The notes under the pieces: generated by a model
The model's database searches: none
What the model was told of the DNA's origin: nothing
What the model saw: only the letters and a program-made list of their open reading frames with translations
Shown here: positions 1-8,293 of the stretch, one piece after another
Numbering within the stretch: position 1 is the first letter of the stretch
How the letters are laid out: each line of letters starts with the position of its first letter
Program-made: the position numbers and the translations under genes
Source: Candidatus Hermodarchaeum yapensis
GTDB taxonomy: Archaea > Asgardarchaeota > Hermodarchaeia > Hermodarchaeales > Hermodarchaeaceae
Length of the DNA: 13,552 nt
Assembly (NCBI GenBank): GCA_016840405.1
Contig: JAEOSK010000049.1
Coordinates: forward strand, 1-13,552
Direction of reading: 5' to 3'

Positions 1-1
1 T

Positions 2-1252
2 GAAATGGGTGGAGTTGGTATACTCCTTGGTGTAACTGTTGGAAGCCTTGTTCTTTTTGTTTTAGCCGGAATATTTGTTACTGGATTTTTTGATCTGCGG
101 ATCTTAGTTTTTCTGTCAGTAGTTCTGATTGCAGGTTTCATTGGGATTGTTGATGATGTGAAAACTCTTGGAGCGAAGTTTAAACCAATTTTAACCGCAG
201 CGGCTTGTTTACCAATTCTTCTTTACACGTGGACCATAATCGGATTAGGATTATCCCCACCCTTACTACCCGCATATATACCGAACCCACATATGCCATT
301 TTTAGGTCGGACTCGTTTAACATTCGTCTATCCTTGGTTAGTTCCTTTGGCAATCGCCATTCCTGCAAATTCTATGAACATGATGGATGTCTTCAACGGT
401 GTGATGCCGCTAACATCAATACTCATGTTTGTTGCACTTCTCATTGTATCCCTATTTCTGATGGCCGTTGGAATTCCTGGGGCAGAATTAGGTGTTTTAT
501 TGTCGGCTGTAATGATTGGCGCCCTTATTGCTTATTATGCATTCAATCGGTACCCTGCAAAAGTCTTTGCTGGTGACACTGGATCATTAGCAGTTGGAGC
601 AGCTTTAGGCGCAGTCGCGATAATGGGACGAGTGGAAATTATGGCCATTGTTGCTCTTTTACCAGCGATAATGAATGCGTTTTACAGTTTGGTTAGCATT
701 GGTGGATTGTTGGAACGTCGACAAATGAAAGCTCGTCCGACAATTTTCCAAGAGGATGGGACTCTTGCAGCCTCTCAGGATGCCAATGCTCCGCTTACGT
801 TAACTCGGCTTGTTTTGGCGCGAGGTCCTATGACTGAACAAAGAATCACTCTCTCGCTTGCTACACTAACTTTTGCGAGTAGTATTCTAGCAGTTTTGAC
901 TTTGCTTCTCATCCCGTTTGATACGGAGTATCTCATTACCTGGCCTTTTACTCTTATTCTGGTTATTGTTCCGATTTGCCTAATTCTTGGGGTGTATTTG
1001 GTTCTTAGAAAGACCGATCATCTTGGTTTTCGACTTGCAGGACTAATTACGATAATGGTTGGAGTATGGACTTTGGGTATGGCGGGTTTCGCATTACTAG
1101 ATTTCTTATTGTTTTATATTCAGAGCCCGTACTGGCCAATTGCGGGAATCTTGTATATGGTTGGATGGCTAGCATTATGGCACTTTGCAACCCGATTATA
1201 CTTCCGCTATGAAATGGGTAAAAACAAAGCTGTCAATCAACTGGTTTCCTAG
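2..1252 (+). CDS. Polyprenyl/dolichyl-phosphate GlcNAc-1-phosphate transferase (MraY/GPT family, AglH/Alg7-like), 5'-truncated by the window edge
   Basis: Motifs GIVDD, NSMNMMDVFNG and FNRYPAKVFAGDTGS, plus many TM segments. The window opens with t-GAA-ATG-GGT-GGA (E-M-G-G), which matches the internal PExGG motif, so the true start lies upstream of position 1. Confidence 0.92.
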   Translation, partial: EMGGVGILLGVTVGSLVLFVLAGIFVTGFFDLRILVFLSVVLIAGFIGIVDDVKTLGAKFKPILTAAACLPILLYTWTIIGLGLSPPLLPAYIPNPHMPFLGRTRLTFVYPWLVPLAIAIPANSMNMMDVFNGVMPLTSILMFVALLIVSLFLMAVGIPGAELGVLLSAVMIGALIAYYAFNRYPAKVFAGDTGSLAVGAALGAVAIMGRVEIMAIVALLPAIMNAFYSLVSIGGLLERRQMKARPTIFQEDGTLAASQDANAPLTLTRLVLARGPMTEQRITLSLATLTFASSILAVLTLLLIPFDTEYLITWPFTLILVIVPICLILGVYLVLRKTDHLGFRLAGLITIMVGVWTLGMAGFALLDFLLFYIQSPYWPIAGILYMVGWLALWHFATRLYFRYEMGKNKAVNQLVS

Positions 1253-2054
1253 TTTTGCCCTTTTGCCATCGATACTCAAAGCTTTGCTGAAATATGGCTA
1301 CTATCCCCTCGTTGGCAGAGTAGCTAGGACGATATACATAGCGCGGTTGGCTCTTTTCGACACCAGGAGATGCCCAGATTAGAAATATCACTTTAGCTGA
1401 GTCAGCAAGGGTGCCTCGAACTGGAAAACGTAAATCGGAGGGTTGTCGGACACTAATACCTAATGACAGAAGTTTTTGCACTGCAGACCGGGTTGTGGGA
1501 TGTTGCATATTCATAAGAACTCGAATTCTGACTCCCCGTTTCAAAGCCTTCGTTAAATCTTTTTCAACACCGTCAAACCAGCTGAATACATCTGTAAAAA
1601 TATCGAGAGATTTTTCTGCCTCAACAATTAGTTGTCTTGTTTGTTTTTCTGTTATTGCCAGATTATCCAAAGATTCTAGGAGATCTTCAGGTCGAATTCG
1701 GAGACGCACGCGCCAAAATATCGGAGAGAGAACCTCTTTTACCTCCTGACTGGTTTCTTCAAGTTGACGGAACGATTCCTCTGAGGCCTGTTTTCGTATT
1801 GTCAATAAATTTTGGAATCCTTCTTCTGGACTAATGATTTCAAATTTTTTAGGGCGGCCTTCGATTATCACAATTAATCCGAGGTTTTTGAGACTCTCTA
1901 GAACTCCATAGACGCGCGGTATTGGGATATTTGCTTTACGGGCGATTTCCTCGGCACTCATTTGTGATCCTTGCACGAGTATGAGGTATGCTTGTGTTTC
2001 ATATTCTGTTAGACCCAGTTGTCTAAGTTTTTCAGCAGGTTCGGTTAGCGACAT
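1233..2054 (-). CDS. TrmB-family transcriptional regulator
   Basis: N-terminal LGLTEYETQAYLIL...SAEEIARKANIPIPRVYGVLESLKNLGL...GRPKKF is the TrmB wHTH. The C-terminal PLD-like effector domain includes AEKSLDI...ALKRGVRIRVL...FEYRW. Confidence 0.92.
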   Translation of the reverse strand: MSLTEPAEKLRQLGLTEYETQAYLILVQGSQMSAEEIARKANIPIPRVYGVLESLKNLGLIVIIEGRPKKFEIISPEEGFQNLLTIRKQASEESFRQLEETSQEVKEVLSPIFWRVRLRIRPEDLLESLDNLAITEKQTRQLIVEAEKSLDIFTDVFSWFDGVEKDLTKALKRGVRIRVLMNMQHPTTRSAVQKLLSLGISVRQPSDLRFPVRGTLADSAKVIFLIWASPGVEKSQPRYVYRPSYSANEGIVAIFQQSFEYRWQKGKTRKPVD

Positions 2055-2130
2055 GACAACCGTATTGCTTGTTGCGATTCTCCTAAATTATCGTTTCGAA
2101 TAAACTGGTTTAAACGTAACATCGGTAACT

Positions 2131-2139
2131 TTTTTTAAG
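2131..2139 (+). promoter_or_regulatory. Putative TATA box for the oxidoreductase/acetyltransferase operon (likely leaderless)
   Basis: TTTTTTAAG lies about 24 nt upstream of the GTG at 2163. Confidence 0.45.
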
Positions 2140-2162
2140 CTATACCGAATCCTCTAGTTCTG

Positions 2163-3134
2163 GTGATTTCAGTGAGCCCTGTTGGAGTTGGTGTTATTGG
2201 TGTTGGCGCATGGGGAAAAAACCATGTTCGTGTCTTTTCTGAGCTAGAAGAAGTCACTCTTGCAGGAATTGCAGATCGAGATGTCCAAAGGGCAAAATCC
2301 TATGCACAACAGTTCAATACTACCCACTACACAAGTGTTGAGGAACTATTGAAGCAGGATGATGTTGATGCCGTTACCATATGCACCCCCACTGTGACGC
2401 ATGCGGATCTTGCTTTACAGGCAATTGATTTTGGAAAACATCTGTTGTTGGAAAAGCCCATGACTGATACCGCACAACAGGCGCAACGTGTAATTGATGC
2501 CGCTAAGTCGGCAAATACTACTTTAATGGTCGGCTTTGTAGAACGATTTAACCCTTCAGTCGAGACCGCAGCTCAGATTATTGACGATGAGAAAATTGGT
2601 GAATTAGTTTTGGGTTCTGCACGAAGGCTGGGCCCTTTTGTGCCAGGCCGAGTAGCAGATATCGGGATAATTAAAGATATGGCCATTCATGATATCGATA
2701 TTGCTCGATTTCTTGCAAAGCAGGAAGCTACGTCAGTTTATGCAATTGCAGGTCAACTTTATCATAAGTATGAAGATCATGCAAACCTCGTAATTCGTTT
2801 TAATGACAAGCCAACCTTTTTTCTTGAATGTAATTGGTTGACGCCACAAAAAATGCGAGGTATGAATATCACTGGTTCCCAAGGGGTGATATCCTTGGAT
2901 TACATTTCTCAAGAAGTGACCCTTGGAACCAGCCAGCAGATAAAAAAATCCACTTCGCAATGGGATGAACCTCTAAAACGCGAACTGTCTCATTTTATTA
3001 AATGCGTCGCAGAAAAGCAGAATCCTATAACTTCAGGATCTGATGGATTGGAGGCTCTCAGAGTTGCCGAAGCTGCATTAAAAAGCGCTCGCACAAAAAA
3101 CATAATCTACCTTGAGGAGTTTCGTATCAATTGA
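2163..3134 (+). CDS. Gfo/Idh/MocA NAD-dependent oxidoreductase, WbpB/WlbA-like (UDP-GlcNAcA 3-dehydrogenase)
   Basis: GVIGVGAWG Rossmann motif, plus [15 protein letters not shown] and DMAIHDID. It is coupled to a hexapeptide acetyltransferase. The start may be GTG 2163 or GTG 2172. Confidence 0.9.
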   Translation: MISVSPVGVGVIGVGAWGKNHVRVFSELEEVTLAGIADRDVQRAKSYAQQFNTTHYTSVEELLKQDDVDAVTICTPTVTHADLALQAIDFGKHLLLEKPMTDTAQQAQRVIDAAKSANTTLMVGFVERFNPSVETAAQIIDDEKIGELVLGSARRLGPFVPGRVADIGIIKDMAIHDIDIARFLAKQEATSVYAIAGQLYHKYEDHANLVIRFNDKPTFFLECNWLTPQKMRGMNITGSQGVISLDYISQEVTLGTSQQIKKSTSQWDEPLKRELSHFIKCVAEKQNPITSGSDGLEALRVAEAALKSARTKNIIYLEEFRIN

Positions 3135-3904
3135 AGTTGAATTCAAAAATTCATCCGTCTTCCATTATAGAAGGAACTGTGAATCTTGGAGAAGGAAACA
3201 TCATGGAGCCTTTTGTATTCATCAGAGGTGATATCAGGACTGGAAAAAGGTGTTATTTCAGCACGGGATGTAATATTCAGGGCCCAGCAAGAATTGGTTC
3301 CTCTGTTTTCTTTGGTGAAAGAACATCAGTAGGTTTCCCTAGTCAACGCCAGATTATACAATTTCAAGAAGGAAAAGCTGAATCGCCCTGGACTGATTCT
3401 ACGACTACAAAAATTGGAAACCGCTGTATCATCCGAACAGAATCTGTCATTTATGCAGGTTCACAAATTGGTGATAATGTCCGCACGGGTCACAATACGT
3501 TAATTCGAGAACAAGTCACAATTGGTGATAACACTCTTGTTGGAACAGGTGTGGTGATTGATGGAAATACTTCGGTTGGAAAGAATGTGTCGATCCAAAC
3601 CAACGTTTACATCCCCTGGCAGACAATGATTGAGGACCACGTTTTCCTCGGTCCCAACTGTATTCTTACCAATGATAAGTATGTCATGCGTAAGGATTAC
3701 GAATTAAAGGGCCCAATTCTACGGAAAGGGGTTAGCGTTGGAGCTGGAGCTGTGATATTACCAGCTATTGAAATTGGTCCTGAAGCAGTGATTGGAGCAG
3801 GAGCTGTTGTAACTAAGAATGTTCCTCCAAAAGCAATTGTCTATGGTGTACCTGGCCGCATTCACTCTTCTGTTCCAGACTCGTGGAAGATTCCTATGGA
3901 ATGA
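3131..3904 (+). CDS. Left-handed beta-helix (hexapeptide repeat) N-acetyltransferase, WbpD/WlbB-like
   Basis: Repeated IG.N/VG.N hexapeptides, [10 protein letters not shown], and [22 protein letters not shown]. Its TTG start overlaps the upstream TGA (TTGA, 3131-3134). Confidence 0.9.
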   Translation: MKLNSKIHPSSIIEGTVNLGEGNIMEPFVFIRGDIRTGKRCYFSTGCNIQGPARIGSSVFFGERTSVGFPSQRQIIQFQEGKAESPWTDSTTTKIGNRCIIRTESVIYAGSQIGDNVRTGHNTLIREQVTIGDNTLVGTGVVIDGNTSVGKNVSIQTNVYIPWQTMIEDHVFLGPNCILTNDKYVMRKDYELKGPILRKGVSVGAGAVILPAIEIGPEAVIGAGAVVTKNVPPKAIVYGVPGRIHSSVPDSWKIPME

Positions 3905-3981
3905 ATGGCTCCTTGATTTCTGAGTTTGTAACACCCCATGGAATTTTCAAGATGCGTTTTTGATTTGTAAGTAAGAGAATG

Positions 3982-3989
3982 CTTAAATA
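3982..3989 (+). promoter_or_regulatory. Putative TATA box upstream of the ribophorin-like gene
   Basis: CTTAAATA preceded by purine-rich AAGAGAATG, about 35 nt before GTG 4025. Confidence 0.4.
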
Positions 3990-4024
3990 CGTGAAAAGAA
4001 TCGACAACACGATACCTGGTTTCG

Positions 4025-5758
4025 GTGTGTGTACCTGTGAAGACTAGAGCCTTATTCTTGTTACTGATACTCTGCGTTCCAATGGTTTTTGCATTTATAC
4101 CACCTACTAATGCAAATTCTTCTCATTTGGTTATTGCTGATATCCAGCGTAATGTCGATTTCCAGGAATATGGTTTGCTTCTCGTAACTGATAACGTCAC
4201 CGCTGTTAACTCGGGTCCCGTGCCCGTGTTCTTTGTAGAAATTGCTTATCCTATTTCTGAATTTGACAAGGTTAAGATGTTTAATGCTGTAACAGAAGAT
4301 GGAACAGACCAATTGTGGGAAAGGATCACCCGACTTGGTCCAGACTGCACAGGGTGGCGAGTATATCTTCCGGAACCAGTAATGCCAAATCAAACGGTTA
4401 TATTTAAAACCCAGATGGCCTTGGCTGGATTAACTACACAGGATTCGATTAATGCTGCTGCTACCTTTTCGCCTATACCAACCAGTCCCTATCTCATTCA
4501 AAGCTACACCACAACATTAACGTATCACCTTGCGTTAACTGCACCCTCTCAAAGAGAGTGGACAGGAATAGACGTTCAGCCCTATTCCTTTGAATATTCC
4601 ACGGTTGTTCTCGATCATATCGTAAACGATTACAGACCGCTCATTACGTACTTAGAGCTTAAACGCACATTTTCTATTGATGCGTGGGGCTACATATATG
4701 CCCATGAAGAACACACCTTCCGCTTGGACAGCCCCAATCCTCGGTTTGATAACGTAGACCGATTATGGAGAAGTATAGAGATAGCATTACCTCCGGGGAG
4801 CGAATTTCTTAGGACCTATGATAGTTTAACCAACTTATCAAGAAGTCAAATAACTGAACCAACAAATGCAACTCACCCGGGAACACTAAGCGTTGTTCTC
4901 GGTTATTTTCTCGAAGAAGGTGACGTTTACCAATTTTTTGTTGAATACAGAATTCCCCTTGACTTCCATCAATTCGTCCTTCAAACAGGTCAGTTTTTCA
5001 ATTTCAATCCCTATTTCGAGGAACCTTGGCTAATTGAAAAACAGATTACTGAGTTTATTCTTCCTCCTGGCAGTTGGCTGCAAGCAATTCCGGTTGGATC
5101 AGATGTTTCAATTTCTTCGATTGGGCAATATATGATTAGTTACCATGGCGTAAATGTTACATCATTGCATAGAGCCGAGATAAACTTCAATTACATTTAT
5201 CCAATCCCACCCATCCTCGCTCGACCAATGGTGTTATTCATCCTTATTGTTATCATCTCTTTGATGTATGTTGTTGTACGACGTATTCCTTATTTCCGTG
5301 AAGAAGAGGAAGATGTTGTGATTGTAAGAGATGTAGATCCGGTCATTCTTGGGGAATTTTGTAATTTGTACGGAGAAAAAATTGCCTTGTTACTTCAAAC
5401 AGAAAGGCTTGAACAAAGTATGTTACAAGGTAAAATCTCCAAGCCTAGATATCGAAAGGAAAAGAAGAATTTTGAACGTAAGATTCGAACGCTTAACGGT
5501 GAATTAGCTAGTAGAAGTCAACAATTAATCGAGGCAGGAGGTAAGTACGAGTCGAGTCGTAACCAACTGGAACTATTAGAAGCTGAACGAATCAGCGCCA
5601 TTGAGGCACTCCATGCCCTCGAACAAAGATACCGTCAAAAGCGAATTACTGCCCAAGTTTATCAGAAGCTACAGAAAGACCTTCAAAAACGTCGAGATAG
5701 AGCAGTATCACGTATGGATCGAATCCTACTCGGTCTTCGCGAAGAATTAAACGAGTAG
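4025..5758 (+). CDS. Ribophorin I (OST1/RPN1)-like oligosaccharyltransferase subunit
   Basis: Signal peptide, then a beta-rich ectodomain with LKRTFSIDAWGYIYAHEEH (compare the RPN1 R.I.VSHWG.I.VEE motif) and LPPGSEFLRTYDSLTNLS (compare LP......YRD.IGNIS). One TM helix (PMVLFILIVIISLMYVVV) and a helical/coiled-coil cytosolic tail follow. The exact start is uncertain. Confidence 0.78.
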   Translation: MCVPVKTRALFLLLILCVPMVFAFIPPTNANSSHLVIADIQRNVDFQEYGLLLVTDNVTAVNSGPVPVFFVEIAYPISEFDKVKMFNAVTEDGTDQLWERITRLGPDCTGWRVYLPEPVMPNQTVIFKTQMALAGLTTQDSINAAATFSPIPTSPYLIQSYTTTLTYHLALTAPSQREWTGIDVQPYSFEYSTVVLDHIVNDYRPLITYLELKRTFSIDAWGYIYAHEEHTFRLDSPNPRFDNVDRLWRSIEIALPPGSEFLRTYDSLTNLSRSQITEPTNATHPGTLSVVLGYFLEEGDVYQFFVEYRIPLDFHQFVLQTGQFFNFNPYFEEPWLIEKQITEFILPPGSWLQAIPVGSDVSISSIGQYMISYHGVNVTSLHRAEINFNYIYPIPPILARPMVLFILIVIISLMYVVVRRIPYFREEEEDVVIVRDVDPVILGEFCNLYGEKIALLLQTERLEQSMLQGKISKPRYRKEKKNFERKIRTLNGELASRSQQLIEAGGKYESSRNQLELLEAERISAIEALHALEQRYRQKRITAQVYQKLQKDLQKRRDRAVSRMDRILLGLREELNE

Positions 5759-5838
5759 ACATCTGTTTACAACGCCGAAACACTCAATAAGTCCCAACGA
5801 AAAGGGTTTCGCGTTAGGATAGTAGCCCGGTAGTGTAG

Positions 5839-5873
5839 ACACCTTCAGAGTAGTTTCCTTTGAGTTTGCACAA
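5839..5873 (+). other. Putative non-canonical D-loop intron of tRNA-Gln (~35 nt, boundaries +/-2 nt)
   Basis: Extra sequence separates GTGTAG from GGTCAATCAT. Exon GTGT pairs with intron GCAC (5868-5871), and there is an internal hairpin at 5844-5850/5858-5864. Confidence 0.7.
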
Positions 5874-5896
5874 GGGTCAATCATCCGGGGCTTTGG

Positions 5897-5922
5897 TGCT
5901 GTAATCATAAAACAGCGAAGAT
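5897..5922 (+). other. Canonical 37/38 intron of tRNA-Gln (26 nt)
   Basis: Full bulge-helix-bulge: helix CTTT/GAAG, bulges GG^T and AT^A, inner stem GCTGT/ACAGC. Confidence 0.92.
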
Positions 5923-5960
5923 ACCCCGGGACCGCGGTTCGAATCCGCGCCGGGCTACCA

Positions 5961-5971
5961 TTTTATTTTTT
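5961..5971 (+). terminator. Oligo-T tract directly after tRNA-Gln
   Basis: TTTTATTTTTT immediately follows the CCA and overlaps the last codons of the convergent gene. Confidence 0.5.
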
Positions 5972-6802
5972 CTTAGACATTAGGGACGGATGCCAATGTG
6001 TTGTTTTTGCCTTTTCTGTTTGAGTATCCCATTCTGCAAGGATTTTTACGGCTTCACAAGCTGTCTTACTAGCTTCTTCTTCGCCTGCAATAGCAAATTC
6101 ATCAGTTTCGCGATTTGCAAATACGGTGCAAACCGCACCACTTCTAAGTCCGAAAAGGTTTGATAAAGTGAATATTGTTGAGCATTCCATTTCGAAATTT
6201 AGTACTCTGGCAGCCTGTAAATCAGGGAGGATATTCTTCATTGAAGACTGCCAATAGTTGTTGAACCCTGGTCGCCCCTGTCCAGTGTAGAAACTGTCTG
6301 TGCTACAAGTAATCCCTACATGGTATCGATAACCTAGATTTTCAGCAGCTTCGACCAAGGCCTGTACGACTTGATAATGGGCAACAGCAGGATATCGTGG
6401 TGTTACGTACTGTATACTAGTACCATCGTTTCGGACAGCGCCAGTTGAAATGATCAAGTCACCACATTGGATCTCTTTTTGGATTGCCCCTGAACTCCCT
6501 ACACGGATGAAAGTTTTCGCTCCAATTGTGGCTAGTTCTTCAATAGCAATAGCAGTGGCAGGGCACCCAATCCCGGTTGAGGTCGTTGATATTTGTGTGT
6601 TCTTATAGATGCCAGTGTAGGTTACGTAGCTTCGTTTGCGTGCCATGTTTTTTGAAGAATCCCATAGTTTTGATATTAAAGTAGCACGATCAGGATCACC
6701 CGGTAACAGTACTGTCGATGCAATATCTCCGGGTCGTAATCCGACATGATACTGCATTTGATCAGCCGTTTCAGGTCGGCTTGCTGATTCCCATTTTTTC
6801 AT
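5963..6802 (-). CDS. udp: Uridine phosphorylase (PNP/UDP family 1)
   Basis: Motifs QYHVGL, LLPGDPDR, STGIGCPATAIAIEEL, FIRVGSSG, DSFYTGQGR and NFEMECS. An SD-like GAGGGTGGAGG lies upstream. Confidence 0.92.
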   Translation of the reverse strand: MKKWESASRPETADQMQYHVGLRPGDIASTVLLPGDPDRATLISKLWDSSKNMARKRSYVTYTGIYKNTQISTTSTGIGCPATAIAIEELATIGAKTFIRVGSSGAIQKEIQCGDLIISTGAVRNDGTSIQYVTPRYPAVAHYQVVQALVEAAENLGYRYHVGITCSTDSFYTGQGRPGFNNYWQSSMKNILPDLQAARVLNFEMECSTIFTLSNLFGLRSGAVCTVFANRETDEFAIAGEEEASKTACEAVKILAEWDTQTEKAKTTHWHPSLMSKKK

Positions 6803-6826
6803 TCCTCCACCCTCAAAGCCTTCGAA

Positions 6827-7432
6827 TTATCGTGTCCCGCGTCGATAACTTGGACGAACTTTTCGTACTGTTTTTTCCTCGCGTTCTTCAATTTTATTTT
6901 CGCTAATGAGATAATCAATTGCCTTGTCTAATTCATCGCGACTGATTTCTAGGGAATTAGCAATTTCGCCACGTGTTTGACCATCATTATAGGCTTCAGT
7001 GATTTTGGTAAATAACTTTTCACCAAGGTAAACGTGTTTACCTTGTGAGAGGAGAAGTAATCCTTGAAATCTCGTGACTCTTGAGCTAGCCATTCGGTTT
7101 AATTCTACTTCGATTTTTGCTGGAGTTTCATCAAGGTGTCGGGCTAATTCAACCAGAGTTATTCTTTCAGCTTCTTCTAATTCGGTCTTTAGGTTACTCA
7201 CAAAGATTCTTCGACGATAGAAGATGACGAGGCCAATGAAAAGGATGATTGAAACCAGAAAAATCACTATACCCCAACTTAAAACCGGATTATCAGCGAA
7301 TGCAGCCTGAATTGCTTGAATCAAATTGGTGGTGTTCTGTGATTGGAAGAAGAGGATGTCTATTATGATTAAGATAATTGCTATTCCAAAAATGGCGGCT
7401 AAGATTTTTGATAGCGTGGATTTTAATGACAT
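6827..7432 (-). CDS. Hypothetical membrane protein: two N-terminal TM helices followed by two winged-helix/PCI-like domains
   Basis: Two hydrophobic segments followed by RRR, then HTH-like ITLVELARHLDETPAKIEVELNRM and TRGEIANSLEISRDELDKAIDYLISENKI. ATG 7432 is preferred over GTG 7456. Confidence 0.75.
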   Translation of the reverse strand: MSLKSTLSKILAAIFGIAIILIIIDILFFQSQNTTNLIQAIQAAFADNPVLSWGIVIFLVSIILFIGLVIFYRRRIFVSNLKTELEEAERITLVELARHLDETPAKIEVELNRMASSRVTRFQGLLLLSQGKHVYLGEKLFTKITEAYNDGQTRGEIANSLEISRDELDKAIDYLISENKIEEREEKTVRKVRPSYRRGTR

Positions 7433-7463
7433 ACTAGTATACCCCAGGCTAAACACTAATCGG

Positions 7464-8237
7464 CTATCCTATGTAACTAGCGCTTTCTGATTCGTCTCGT
7501 GGTTCTTGTCGTTCCCGTTGTTGTAATAGATGGTATTTCACTTGGTCAAAGATGCCTTTCATTTCTTCGATTTTTTGTTCAAGCTCTGAAACATCAGCTT
7601 TGATATCAAATCGATCATTCAGCACTTCAATTATTAATTTTGATGCGCGTGGATCAAGCCGAAGTAAAGGAACAGTTTCTGCCAGTAGGCAGACGCCTTC
7701 TATCCCATATTTGAGTTTAGCCCAAGCGGGTATCACACCATTAGCCCCGTTTATCACTCCATCTGACATGGGTACAATATAATCTAACTTAGTGAAGAAC
7801 TCTTGAAATTTTGACCCTGTAGATGAAACGAATACCTTAGGAGTTTCCGGATATTCACCGGGAACGTAAGCACCCGTTGCGACGACTTTTGATACATTTA
7901 ATTTTTTGAATGTCTCTGCGATTCGATCGGAGAATTCGTAGATTCCTTGTGATGTGGAGGGCTGAAAGTCGCCTGATACCAGTAAAATGTCTTGTTTCAA
8001 ATCTGAATTTCGATGAAGATAGATTTGACACTCGGGGATTTTCATCATTCCTTCTTCATCTATCATCACATGAGGAGGAAAATCATCAGACAGCACTTGC
8101 AAAATTGGTTCAGCGTTAAGACTCCGAATCAAGACTTCAATCGCAAGTTTCCCTACACTAGCAATGCCTGGCATTCCAACTAGTGCTATTGGATCTTTAA
8201 TATCGGTGACTTTTTTGAGCCAAATGATTTCAATCAT
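7464..8237 (-). CDS. PAC2-family proteasome assembly chaperone
   Basis: Motifs LVGMPGIASVGKLA, DFPPHV, SGDFQP, GVINGANG, CLLAET and DPRAS, with a C-terminal YIG. Confidence 0.9.
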   Translation of the reverse strand: MIEIIWLKKVTDIKDPIALVGMPGIASVGKLAIEVLIRSLNAEPILQVLSDDFPPHVMIDEEGMMKIPECQIYLHRNSDLKQDILLVSGDFQPSTSQGIYEFSDRIAETFKKLNVSKVVATGAYVPGEYPETPKVFVSSTGSKFQEFFTKLDYIVPMSDGVINGANGVIPAWAKLKYGIEGVCLLAETVPLLRLDPRASKLIIEVLNDRFDIKADVSELEQKIEEMKGIFDQVKYHLLQQRERQEPRDESESASYIG

Positions 8238-8276
8238 AGTAGGTCCCTGCAGGACGTTTAGGCTTCCCGAAGATTG

Positions 8277-8290
8277 AATTTAAACTTTAT
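8277..8290 (-). promoter_or_regulatory. Putative BRE-TATA for the PAC2 / membrane protein / udp transcript
   Basis: The minus strand reads ATAAAG-TTTAAATT about 40 nt upstream of ATG 8237. Confidence 0.55.
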
Positions 8291-8293
8291 GTC

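Larger units (their letters stand above)
5824..5960 (+). tRNA. tRNA-Gln(TTG) with two insertions (D-loop ~15/16 and canonical 37/38) and encoded CCA
   Basis: Acceptor stem AGCCCGG/CCGGGCT (the A1-U72 pair is typical of archaeal tRNA-Gln). Anticodon stem CGGGG/CCCCG with CT-TTG-G, T arm CGCGG-TTCGAAT-CCGCG, and 3' end ACCA. Confidence 0.93.

Noticed and set aside
7464-7478. C-terminal SYIG of PAC2 as a proteasome-gating HbYX motif
   Set aside because: The Tyr is at position -3 rather than penultimate, and a YIG ending is ordinary for this archaeal subfamily.
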